From assembly GCA_030390025.1 (NCBI GenBank), contig CM059433.1:26786001-26850000 (forward strand): a stretch of 64,000 nucleotides of DNA. Reading direction: 5' to 3'. The DNA comes from Squalus acanthias. Lineage: Eukaryota. The translations under genes and the position numbers were made by a program. Below are positions 51,766-63,315 of this stretch, one piece after another; the stretch's first letter is position 1; every line of letters starts with the position of its first letter. Below the pieces are notes generated by a model, which saw only the letters and a program-made list of their open reading frames with translations, made no database searches and was not told the DNA's origin.

Positions 51766-53924
51766 AAAAATATGCATTCGAACATAATCCTACAATAAAT
51801 ATTAAATGCAGCGCATAACGTATCACGCCGTACTTTAATGCTATATTTTAAAACTCCCGAACAATTATAAGTTTGCCCAAGATTTCAGTAAGAATTGGGA
51901 ATTGTCGCAGAAGCTTTAATATTTAGGGGTATGATCATTTCTTCCGAAGTAAAATGCTATTCAACCATTTGTCTTTGCAAAATCGGATACCCTTGAGTTC
52001 TAACGAGTGACAATAAAGAATGCCGGATGCTCCTTCCACCTGCAGAGGTACAAAGGCGAACCTCGCCTAGCTCCAGGGGAAATGCAATTGCAACAAAATT
52101 AAACTTCACTTCACTTGGCCTCCGCCTTTGCTGGCAGCGCTGGAGGATTCCCGGGAAATAATTAGAAAGGATTGAAACAGTCAGAGTGCCCTGAAATCTC
52201 CTGGGGAGCCTTTATCCACACTTCATAATTGACACCTTGCAAACTGTTTTAATTTAAACTAATATAGCACTTTTGAGGCCAAATTACGAAAGAATACGTT
52301 TCCTAAACAAACGAAGTTCATTATAAGTAAACATCTGGCTGACTTAATAAGTTGAAAGCACCCCACACACCACCGGAACCGAAACAAGTCTGTATCTTTA
52401 GTTATTACTATCCGGCTGAGTGAAGCCATTCTGATGTGAGAATAGTTTGCGGAACAGTAGGTTTATAATAATATTGGTGGTAGTGAAGTTGCTAATTGAA
52501 CCGGATTGTTTGGACAAGATACTCATACAGATGTTGCCACAGAAAATAGCGACTTCATGCCAAGTTATTTCTGTAATATAATATACACACGAACTGAGAA
52601 TGAGCAGCCGCTTCAGTAATATAAAGACTGTCGTTTCAAAGAGTAAAAGATTAGATCAAACTTAATTTCTGGCAACTAAACTCCAATTAATTATTGCACA
52701 GAAACGCGTACGAAGCATTAAGATCTCCAAAAGTACATTTTACATAAATGATGTGTATTTATTTGGGTTTCCACGTTGAATTCTGTCTGTACCATGTGTG
52801 AAGTTTGCTGCGGAACTGACTGGTGGTCGCGCCATAAACTCTAATGGTGTTCTGTGTTTCGTCTGGCAGAGAAATGTAAAAGGAGGACTGTTTAAGTCGT
52901 TCTCTCTCGGAAAAAAAAGAAAATATACGGTACGCTGTTAGCCATCTGCTAAACCGGTCCGCAACGCTGCCTCTTTGATCCCCTTTGTAAGCGAGATGAG
53001 AAAATGACAGCAGTGCAGCCCGAGCACGGGTATAGTAGAGATCTATAAATTGTCACGAATCAAAAGGCAGCACTCACAAACTCCCCTGGAGTTAACAAAG
53101 AAAACAGTGACTTTTTAAAAAAATGTATCTGTTGACATCTGTTGAGAAAGTTTGATCACCGCTATTATCACAACTTGCTTTGACAAGAAACATAACTTCA
53201 ACCAGATCAATGTATTTTACTGACAAATACCTTTTTGTTTAAGTATATACACACGAGCTCTATTTATGGCTGACGATTACACTTCCACTTGCAAAGATTT
53301 CCTTCAATTTGACAATCTCTGACAGGACTTTCTTCTCAACTCCTTTTTGACACAGCATCTTACCATTATTTTTGAAAGATTTAGCACAGTTTGTCATCGC
53401 GGTTCTTTTTAAAATTAGAATAAGTCGCATAAAGTTTACCCGCACTTTGCAAAGCACATTCTTTTTAGTAACTAACACCGTGTTTGCCGCTCCAACCTGT
53501 GCTTATTTAACCTGGAATTCGAAAACTTTTACTCAAAGGTTTCAAACTCTGTTGAAAACATGTACGCTAACAATAATTGAGAAATTAAATAATGTGCAAG
53601 GTTATCTCTTCACGATCATTTCTGTGGCCAATCTCTGCTTATTGTTTGTTTTCTTGGTGGGGTATTTTGATGCAGTATTCCTAGATTTCCCTCACTGATG
53701 CCAACGACCTATGATAGGAAGAGTTCCGATCAAATCGACATATATTTTCACGGGGTGTTACTTCACTTTCAAATACTTGCTCCTTTCTGAGATAGATGCG
53801 CTTGGTAAATGTAATCGATAAAGTTTTCGGAAATCGAATGGACATCCCACCTAAAAACAACATTTTGAAGTAAACTTTCTCTCACTTTGGGGGGTCGAAG
53901 GTTTGAAATAGAGCTGTTTGTTTT

Positions 53925-53993
<69 letters not shown>

Positions 53994-54049
53994 TGATAGA
54001 CAAATAGATAGATAGATAGATAGACAGACAGATAGATAGATAGACAGAC

Positions 54050-54120
<71 letters not shown>

Positions 54121-54205
54121 TAGATAGACAGATAGATAGATAGACAGATTGATAGACAAATAGATAGATAGATAGACAGACAGATAGATAGACAGACAGA
54201 CAGAC

Positions 54206-54244
<39 letters not shown>

Positions 54245-54338
54245 CAGAAAGACAGATAGATAGACAGATTGATAGACAAATAGATAGACAGACACAGATA
54301 GATAGATAGATAATAGATAGATAGACAGACAGAAAGAC

Positions 54339-54385
<47 letters not shown>

Positions 54386-54424
54386 TAGATAGACAGATAG
54401 ATAGATAGACAGATTGATAGACAA

Positions 54425-54477
<53 letters not shown>

Positions 54478-54584
54478 TAGATAGACAGATAGATAGATAG
54501 ACAGATTGATAGACAAATAGATAGATAGACAGACAGACAGACAGATAGATAGACAGATAGATAGATAGACAGATTGATAGACAA

Positions 54585-54661
<77 letters not shown>

Positions 54662-54982
54662 CAGAAAGACAGATAGATAGACAGATTGATAGACAAATAG
54701 ATAGACAGACACAGATAGATAGATAGATAATAGATAGATAGACAGACAGAAAGACAGATAGATAGACAGATTGATAGATAGATAGATAGATAGACAGACA
54801 GAAAGACAGATAGATAGACAGATTGATAGATTGATAGATAGATAGACAGACAGAAAGACAGATAGATAGACAGATTGATAGATTGATAGATAGATAGACA
54901 GACAGAAAGACAGATAGATAGACAGATTGATAGATAGATAGATAGATAGACAGACAGAAAGACAGATAGATAGACAGATTGA

Positions 54983-55014
<32 letters not shown>

Positions 55015-55018
55015 GATA
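53925..55018 (+). repeat. (GATA)n/(GACA)n compound microsatellite, ~1.1 kb (Bkm-type)
   Basis: Continuous GATA/GACA tetramers with recurring variants GATT, CAAA and GAAA. Confidence 0.99.
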
Positions 55019-55243
55019 TGTGACAACTGCCTTCATCCATCACCTGAGGCACAGAACTGAACCTAAGTTTACAAAGCATACTGCAAAAAAACCAAAAATA
55101 ACCTTTATAATTCCCATTTAACACCTGAAGAACAGAATTGAGGTTAGAAAGCCAACATATGCTGCGTGAATGCAAACTAAGCGTTTGTACTGCCATGCCG
55201 TGATAGAGAGCGAGGGGTGGTCGAATGGAAAGCGGCTGGTTAC

Positions 55244-55655
55244 CTAGGTTAACGAAGCTCATGACCATGTCGGCGTCGTTGAGGAAGTTGGTGTCGTGCA
55301 GGCTGGCGAGAGGCGGGCTCTGTGTGGGCAGTGCGGCGCGGTACGGCACGGCGCCCCTGGCCGCTCCTCGCTCCGCCTCCTGGTCGCTCGACATCGCGTT
55401 GTACAGATCGAGCATGAAGAGGGGAGCCGACGAGCTGTGCTTCCCCACCGAGAAGGGCCGGGGACGGTGGGGCAGCCCCAGGATGGACAGGATCTCCCTC
55501 TGTATCTCCCTCCTCTCGTGGTTCCGCAAACGCCTGTAGATGAAGCTGGAGTGGACGTGGTGATCCGCAAAATTCCCCTCGGCGCTTCCCAGAAACACGC
55601 AACAGATCCACAGCAGTCCCACGGTGGCTTTAGAGAAACCTTTTAGTTTGTTCAT
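55244..55655 (-). CDS. BMP5: Bone morphogenetic protein 5, coding exon 1 (signal peptide and N-terminal prodomain)
   Basis: Translation [27 protein letters not shown]...[37 protein letters not shown]...[14 protein letters not shown]...[26 protein letters not shown] matches BMP5 as I recall it (RNHERREIQ and [12 protein letters not shown] favour BMP5 over BMP6/7). It ends at CTAG|GTAACC, a GT donor at 55243-55242. 412 nt = 137 codons + 1 (phase 1), the usual first-intron position in BMP5/6/7. Confidence 0.96.
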
Positions 55656-56900
55656 TGCAGTAATTTCTTTTTGTTTAATAAATGCGGTTTTTTTTTTGGT
55701 TGGTTATTTTTTTTCTCCCTTTATAACTTTGTCTCTGTCAACAGTTGCCCTTTTCTTTCATAAAGTCCCGGGCAGGTCCAGAAGTTAGCTGTCAGCAGCA
55801 CCAGGCAGGTAATGCGTTCATAGCGCCGCTGGAAATTCCACTTTGTCTTTGGTCGGGCTTTGGTTTTAGATATAGCCTCAGCAACAACAACAACAACAAC
55901 TGCAGCAGCCGCTATTTCCCCCCCGCTTTCCTGAAACAAAAACATAAAAATCAAAAAAAGCCTCTGACGCTTTCTTTTGGTGTCTTGTCTTGCACAGTGT
56001 TTAAAGTGGAGCAGCAGTAGTGACTGTGCCGCTGCTCCTCTGTGTGTGTGTGTGAGTTACTGCGTGCGAGCTGCTCTTGCTCTCTCTCAACTCCACGCTC
56101 CGCACTGGCTCAATCCACCTCTAGCTGGCGCACGTATTGCCAGCTCTCCCCACCACCCATCCACCCCACCCCCTTTCCTCCTCTCCCGCAACACCCGGGT
56201 CTGTGACCTGACTCTCAGCTCCATCTGCAATCTTTAAAACGCCAAGTTTTCTCTTTGGTTTCACCTTCCAGGCGCCTGCTTGCTTTTTTTTTAAAAAAAA
56301 GCAATTTTGTAAAATGGTTAATTTATTCAAAAGCAATCATGGGTCCGCAATCTCCTGGTACTGAAGGTTAAAGAAGGCAAGTTTAAAAGTTGTGTTTATT
56401 TTCTGCGCGGGATATCGATGTCCGATGATAATTGTCAATTCTACGGGGGCATTTGTCAGTCACCGACAGTACAGCGCTGAGCTTTCAGTTTGATAAAATG
56501 TGCTCTTTCACGTGTTCGGTTCGATTCGGCGTTTGTGCTGTGGTTGCAAACACGAGGCGATTTTTTTCTGCGAGAGAATTTCAATGTTGCGGTGTTGTCC
56601 GGAGTCACTCTGCCCACTGGTCAGGGTGGCCAGTTATGTGCTGCACTCATGTCAGACTCGCTGCTTTCAGAGCAATGTGAAAGATGACTCTGGTAACGTG
56701 AGCCGTCTGGAGCACATTGGCTGGCGCTGCACGTTGGCTGAGCATGATGTGACTGACAGATCAGGCAGATCACCCCACCGTGCGCTCCGAATCGCACGCC
56801 GGATACGCGAGTCGGCACCTGTGATGAAAGGGGCGCAGTCTTCAAATCCTCCCCCTTCCCCAACCCCCAGCGCAGCAAGTAGTGGAAGTAAGTAGAAGAT
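55656..56900 (-). promoter_or_regulatory. BMP5: BMP5 5'UTR and CpG-rich proximal promoter region (TSS not defined)
   Basis: Repeat-free, CpG-retaining sequence directly upstream of the ATG, with (CA)n at 56041-56054, (GTT)n at ~55881-55900 and an ATTGG (CCAAT on minus) near 56716. No clear TATA box seen. Confidence 0.6.
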
Positions 56901-56916
56901 GGTCCGACAGCAATAC

Positions 56917-57063
56917 TGCTGTCACATGGGAGTACCTCCACCACACGGACTGCAGCGGTTTAAGAAGGTGGCTCACCTCCACCTTCTCAAGGGCAGTTTG
57001 GGATGGGCAATAAATGCTGGCCTTGCCAGTGACGCCCACATCCCATGAACGAATAAAAAAAAT
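56917..57063 (+). mobile_element. Second-family LINE/SINE 3' tail
   Basis: GGACTGCAGCGGTTTAAGAAGG...GGGCAATAAATGCTGGCCTTGCCAG...AATAAAAAA. Confidence 0.85.
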
Positions 57064-57602
57064 ATACAACTGCAGCAGAAGTGTGGCCTTATTAAACAAA
57101 GTGATGAATTGTTTGCATGAATGGACAGAGTCCTAAACTGGGTGGAACTTTCCGTGCACCACTCCCCCCCCCTCCCCCCCCCCCCAAACCAGATATTTGT
57201 ATATAATTCCTTCTTCTACCCATTATTTTGTATACTTCTATGAATTGCTTGGAAGGGAGTTAGAATTATAATTCAATCGAATGATGTTCTGAACCACAGT
57301 TTGTATGAACACCGTCAGAATCATGAGATGGCACTACAGGTTTTAACTGGAATCCAATTTTTTTTTGACCCAAATGCAAGCATGATCTGTCTAACATCAA
57401 AAGGCGACAGGAGCAGCCAGTAGCTTAAAAGTCGGCAGCGGGTTAGTTGCATGATACATCATCAGAGGAAGCTAACCATCCATTGATGTTTGCTGTGAGA
57501 CCTCTGGCACCGAAAACAATAAAATGAAAAGGTAATTGGGGAAATAGTCAGAAATTGCTCTATCTCGAGCTATCTATCTCTGTACTACTATTGTTACACA
57601 TT

Positions 57603-58339
57603 GGGGTAGAGTTTCCGCTCGTTTACACCAGTAATATCAGCGCAATCTGGGCGGAACCGACCGAAGCAGCGCAGAGATCGGGGAATGTTAAACATAAGTG
57701 AGTTACGCCCAAAATAACTTACATTCGTGTTTTCTGCGATCTTTTACGTTGGTTCAATATTCAATTTACTGGATCAGGCCCCGCCCACAAAACTGGCCAC
57801 ACCCCAGGTCGACATTGCAAGATTCCACCGATTGCGCTGCTTAGGGAAGGCTCTTCAAATTGCGCTCATTTTCTAAGACACACAGGCACTCGTCGGCACG
57901 TTTTAAACTTTTTTTATGTCAAAAAATATTTAATTTATTAAGAAACTGACTAATGTACCCCAATGAAACTATTAAATGGTTCAGTATAGTTTTTAAAGTT
58001 ATTTTCAATGATTTTAAATCAGTTTACCTACAGGTGGAGGACGGGACACCCTTATTAAAAATGCTTATTTTTGGTGATAAACCCATTTTCAGCTGTATTA
58101 ATAAAACTGCACCAGGTTACCGCTCTTAAATACATCAAGGAATACCTTTTAATGGAAAGAAAAAAATAAACAATTACGTTCTATTACGCTGCCCGATTGT
58201 GCTGGTTCATTGAAGATTTTACATTTGTGATTATGCAAATGAATTTTATTGGAAACTTGAACTGTAACCTAACCAGCACAATTTCAAGTGCAGTTTGGGT
58301 GCAATTTCCCGATTGCACCCAAAGCAGAAAATCTACCCC
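57603..58339. mobile_element. Harbinger-type MITE, family G, upstream of BMP5
   Basis: TIRs GGGGTAGAGTTTCCGC / GCAGAAAATCTACCCC; TSD ATT. Confidence 0.87.
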
Positions 58340-58568
58340 ATTATGTTACCCGATATTATCTGTCCGAGCCTCAGTGGTGGCTAAAAGATGCACTTCACAA
58401 GAGATTTTCCTGCCTCATTCAGAATGAGTTGAATTCACAATTGTTTTACTCAAATAACTGCTGCAATCTATTTCCCCTGTACTCTAAGAAGGACCACAGC
58501 AACTGATGATTACTTTCCAACAATAGGTTTAGCTTTAAGCTTAACACTGGTAAGTATTTTGGATTTTT

Positions 58569-59291
58569 GGGGGGAAAATTGGCTCGCGCCCCTTCTGGGG
58601 GTGGTAACTTCGCCAGGGCGCTACTTTTAGCACCCCGAAAAAGTTAGTGCCCCTGTGCCCGTTATTCCGTGGTAGTGCCCCAAGCAGGAGGCGGGGCACT
58701 ACTGGAAACGCTCCCCCTCCCTCTTGGGCCACTCCCATTGAATATCGCGGTGCTACGTGCAGCAGCACCACGCGTGTCGGCACGTAGCGCTGCGGTACTG
58801 CAGGCCTCCCCTGATTAAAGGGGAGGGGCCTAGCGCAGCGCGCACCGAGTCCCTGTTGGCCCACCGGGGAGCGGGGTGCCGGCAAAAGAGCTCGGCACTC
58901 AAGAGGAGTGCCGGGCTGACCAATCGCGGCCGGCACACCGCAGCAGGAGGCCAGAGGGGGCAGGTGCTGGCAGGCAGCCCAAAAAAATGGCCGCCCGGCA
59001 CCTGCCCTTTAATTATCGCCGCCCTGGCTGCAAAAATGCGCCCATGACCCTGTCGGATATAGCGTCCGGTGGTAGGTCAGGTGGCGCGAGCCAAGTTTGC
59101 GGCCGGGGCGCTGCACACGGCGATGACTGGCGCAGCGCTGCGGGGCTCTACCGGCTACCTCCACCGCTAAACTCCCGCTGAATTCGCGGGAGGCGTTAGC
59201 GGCGCTGCGCCCGGGCGCTAGTTGCTTTGCGCCCTGTTAGCGCCATCTTGGGGCGCCAACAGGAGGCGCCAAGCAACCGAATTTTTCCCCC
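58569..59291 (+). mobile_element. Harbinger-type MITE, family B
   Basis: Ends GGGGGGAAAATTGG / CCGAATTTTTCCCCC; CpG-rich; no matching TSD seen. Confidence 0.8.
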
Positions 59292-59552
59292 ACAGTATTT
59301 CCCCTTATAACATTTCTTGTTACCATTCCTTGCATCTAGTATTTTCTGTAATAGAATGGCATTACAGTGTTGACAATAGGCTTATTTAACATAAAGGTAC
59401 CAATACACCATAGAGAAAATCCTCACTCGAGACAACGCACTTTACTATGCAATAACCTTGTGAGATATTCTTAATTCATCACCTCAAAATTGGTCTCACC
59501 ACTATTACCACTAGTGACATCTCTGTAGCCACCAGGACTTCATCCTACTGTT

Positions 59553-60120
59553 CATAGAATCCTACAGCACAAAAGGAGGCCAAAGTTTGAAACAGCTATC
59601 CAATTAGTCTCACTATGACTACCCTGCTCTTTCCCCATAGCCCTGCAAATTTCTCCTTTTCACGTATATATCAATTCCCTTTTGAAAGTTACTATTGAAT
59701 CTTCTTCCACCGCCCTTTCAGATCATAACAACTCGCTGCGTAGAAAAAAATCACTTCATTTCCCCCTTGGATATTTTGCCAGTTATTTTAACTCTGTGTC
59801 CTTTGGTTACCGTCCCTCCTGCCAGTGGAAACAGTTTCTGCCTATTCACTCTATCAAAACACCTCATAATTTTGAACACATCTATTAAATCTCCCCTTAA
59901 ACTCCTCTGCTCTAAGGAGAACAATCCCAGCTTCCCTAGTCTCGCCACATAACTGAAGTCCCTTATCTCTGGTACCATTCTGGTAAATTTCCTCTGCACT
60001 CTATCGAAGGCCTTGGCATTCTTCCTAAAGTGTGGTGGCCAGAATTGGCTACAATACTCTAGCTGAGGCCTAACCAGTAAGTTATATAAGTTTACCATAA
60101 CTTCCTTGCTTTGGACTCTA
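59553..60120 (-). mobile_element. CR1 3' fragment
   Basis: ORF 59751..60185 LVRPQLEYCSQFW...LFSLEQRSLRGDLI. Confidence 0.9.
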
Positions 60121-61451
60121 TCATGGTTAAATTGGATATGACCTGAAAACAGACGCGGGGATCGCATTGCGTGATTAACCCGCACCCGTTCATTGCGTTG
60201 CAGGCAGCATTATATATTCGTGCTGTCTGCTGTTTTACATGATTGCTACATGCAGCCAGCGCTACCGATTGGCTGTTCATTGGCTGCATGCATCAGCAGG
60301 GGGCCCAATATCACAGGTGGCTAGTGCTACTTAAAGGCAGCCTGCAGCTCTTAAAGGGGAGGCGCATTGTGGCTGCAAGAAGTGGTGGGAGGCCTTTGTG
60401 AAGTGAATCTGTGACATGAAAGATTGAAGAATGGCTGATCATGCGAGAGAGCGTGCACCAATGCTTATGATGCTGCACTGGAGGCCTTGGTGGAAGAGGT
60501 GAAAAGGAGGAGAGATGTCCTGTATCCGCAGGGGGGCAAGAGGCCCTCCAGACAAATGCTCAGCAGGTAGTGGGAAGAAGTAACGGAGGAGGTCAATGCC
60601 AGGAGTGTTGCTCGTAGAACCTGGATGGAATGCAGGAAGAAGTTTAATGATCTCACACTACTTGTCAAGCTGAGTGAGTTCATCTTCAAATGACATATCC
60701 TACCAACTGCACCACTAGCCTCATCCACTGCTCAATTCACTGCATCCCCATCATTCACCTACCAACAATCTCTATCAATCAGGACTCAACCCTACCATTC
60801 ATATGCTTTACCTCACCCTCACACACTTAGCACAGTTGCAAGCCTAGCACCAATAATTCACAGCTCACACACACTGGCAGCTATTCAACCATGACAGCCA
60901 CATCACCCAAATATATTGCAGAACGCTCACTGACACACTTCCCTCTTTCTTGCGGGCGAAAGAGGTGCATAACAGCAGGCAGCAGTGACGAACTGGAAGA
61001 GGACAAGCACGTCTGCATGTTTTAACCCCCATGGAGGAGACCATGCTGGCCATCATGGGAAGAGGCATCTCTGAGGCCGTGGCCACTGACGTCACTGAAG
61101 CAATCGATGATGAGGGTATCAGCGTACCTAATCCTCCTTCTCTCATCCCATTTCTCACTCATCCTTCAGTCTCTTCTGACTTACAAGCTGCAGCGATGTA
61201 AGCATGTACTTCTTCATTTTTCCTCTCCCCTCACCACAATCCAACCCTTTTTCATTTCAGATACCCAAGAACTGGAACCTGTCCAGTCAGTGGAGGAAGA
61301 GGAAGAAAAAAGTGAAGATAAATAGACACCGTCACTCAGAAGTTACATTGGCAGCCACCAGCTCAGATACTGGCACTGCATGTATTTTAGAGGATAGGAT
61401 AGAGGAGGGATCTGCACGTGGTGAGACAGCGGGCACAAATACGCATGAGTA

Positions 61452-63315
61452 GGGGTCCGGTAGCATAGTGGTTATGTTACTGGACTAGTAATCCAGAGGC
61501 CTCAACTAATGATCCGTGAGACTTGAGTTCTAGATCCCACCACAGCAGCTGGGGAATTTAAATTAAGTCAATTAAATAAACCTGGAATAAAAAGCTAGGG
61601 GGCGATTTTCCCAGCCCCGAGGAGGCGGGTTTGACGGCGGGACAGTTCACAAAATGGCAAAAACTGAGGGCAGGTTCAGAACCTGCCTCCGCGCAATTTT
61701 GCCGGAGGCGGGTTTGATGGGTGCGATTCGGTCCCGCCTCCATCAGTCGGGAGAGGTAGTTAAGACCCTTAAATAGTAGTTAAGGGCCTCTATAATCCTA
61801 TTTTGACAGGCCTTCATTATTTTACCACAGTTTCAGCGTGTTGCACGACCCTTCTAAACCACGCTAGCTAATCCTGGCGGGTTGACAAGTGGGTGGCCTC
61901 CTCACAGCTGCAGCTCCACCATTAAAATGGAGCTTTCATCAGGGAGCAGTTGCAGGTGGCAGAACTTTTGTTCCAAAGGTCTTTCAGCACTTTTAGCAGA
62001 CCTACCGAAGTCGGAGGTGCTGCAGCTTCTATCTCTCAACTGTGGGACCTCCTTGGAAGACCCTCTCCCCGCTTTGACTGAGCACTTCCCCAACGGAGGT
62101 ATCTGCCAGCAGCATGGGACCATTCATTTCCTTTCATGATGGACCTCAGATTCGGATGAGGAGCAGCCATGGCAGCAGCAGAACCAGGCAGCTCAGCAGC
62201 AACAGCAGCAGGAGCCCCAACCTCCTGCTCACCCACCTGATGCTGCACAGGGTAGAAGGCGCCAGTGCATAGAAGCACGTCGTGCAAGGAATGCACTCAT
62301 CCTGACCAGATTTGCATAGGTTGCCCATTGTGGCACATGTGCTTGGCTCCTTCTTAGCACATGATAGACAATGGACATGACTCTCTGGCCTCCTTTCACT
62401 CTGACCACCAACTTGACCATGCAAGTGTCGCGGAGCCCGCAATGTGGAGCTGCCTAAGCCGAAATAACAGATGCCATCACGCCAACAGTTTGCCATCACC
62501 TAATTTTAATACATTCCCACAGGGATGGAATTTCATCAATAAACAGAAACAATCACCCAATCTGCACACAGATCAGGAGGTTATATCCCTTGCCAGCTGG
62601 ACTCACACAGCTTTGGTTTCTTTGGGAGGCCTCTTCCTCCCAGATGAGGGGAAGAGCACCTCCCTGCTAGCTCTCGCCCCCCTCAACCTCGGGGAGGCCC
62701 TTGCCTTGGAGCTGGCCATTCTTCAAGGAGATAACAGCTTGGAGGTGGTGCAGCATCGACCAAAAACCAGTGGAATGAGCCAAGGCAGCAAGCAGCCCTT
62801 AAATGAAGCTAGATAAGTGACGTCAGCAGAGGCGAGTTTCAGTCCCAAAAGACTAATTGGCCCAGGGGAACCCACACCTCTGAAATCAACTGGCCAATTA
62901 GGGGAAAATCGCAAATTTTTCCCACCTCTCAGTGGAGGCAGGTTTGGAACCCACCCAAACCGAAACCCGCCTCCATTGGGAAAATCGCCCCCCTAGTGTC
63001 AGTAATGGTGGCCATGAAACTGCCAGATTGTCGTAAAAACCCATCTGGTTCATTAATGTCCTATAGGGAAGGAAATCTGCCGTCCTTACCTGGTCTGGCC
63101 TATAAGTGACTCCAGACCCACAGCAATGTGGTTGACTCTTAACTGCCCTCTGAAATGACCTAGCAAGCCACTCAGTTATACCAAACCGCTACAAAGAAGC
63201 ATGGTCTGCAGTGGTACAAGAAGGCGGCTCACCACCACCTTCTCAAGGGCAATTAGCGATGGGCAATAAATGCTAGCTTTGCCAGCGACGCCCACATCCC
63301 ATAAACGAATAAAAT
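61452..63315 (+). mobile_element. tRNA-derived SINE with the second-family LINE tail, split by a DNA transposon
   Basis: Head GGTAGCATAGTGGTT...GAGTTCTAGATCCC (61452-61597); body and tail resume at 62996 and end AATAAAA. Confidence 0.87.
61598..62992. mobile_element. Non-autonomous Harbinger-type element, 1395 bp
   Basis: Perfect 15-bp TIRs GGGGGCGATTTTCCC / GGGAAAATCGCCCCC; TSD CTA; possible transposase N-terminal remnant on minus (ATMGNLCKSGQ). Confidence 0.9.

Larger units (their letters stand above)
1..55243 (-). other. BMP5: BMP5 intron 1 (partial; apparently runs beyond the window's left edge)
   Basis: Starts at the GT donor at 55243. No exon-2 peptide (ERDKDFSHQ...EFRFDL...AAEFRIYK-like) appears in the ORF track or in my scan of the unique segments. 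Confidence 0.7.

Noticed and set aside
53769..55655. 628-aa ORF as a novel BMP5 isoform or fusion protein (also the 391- and 370-aa ORFs)
   Set aside because: BMP5 similarity stops at the GT donor at 55243; the remainder is intron plus a stop-free (TATC/TGTC)n microsatellite giving SIYL repeats.
58569..59291. CpG island or alternative promoter (also 11521-12108, 24959-25855)
   Set aside because: CpG richness is confined within MITE termini and shared among family copies; the short GC-rich ORFs there have no recognisable protein motifs.
60431..60675. Host MSANTD/NAIF1-like gene
   Set aside because: Frameshift and in-frame stop inside the Myb/SANT domain, plus nested insertions downstream.
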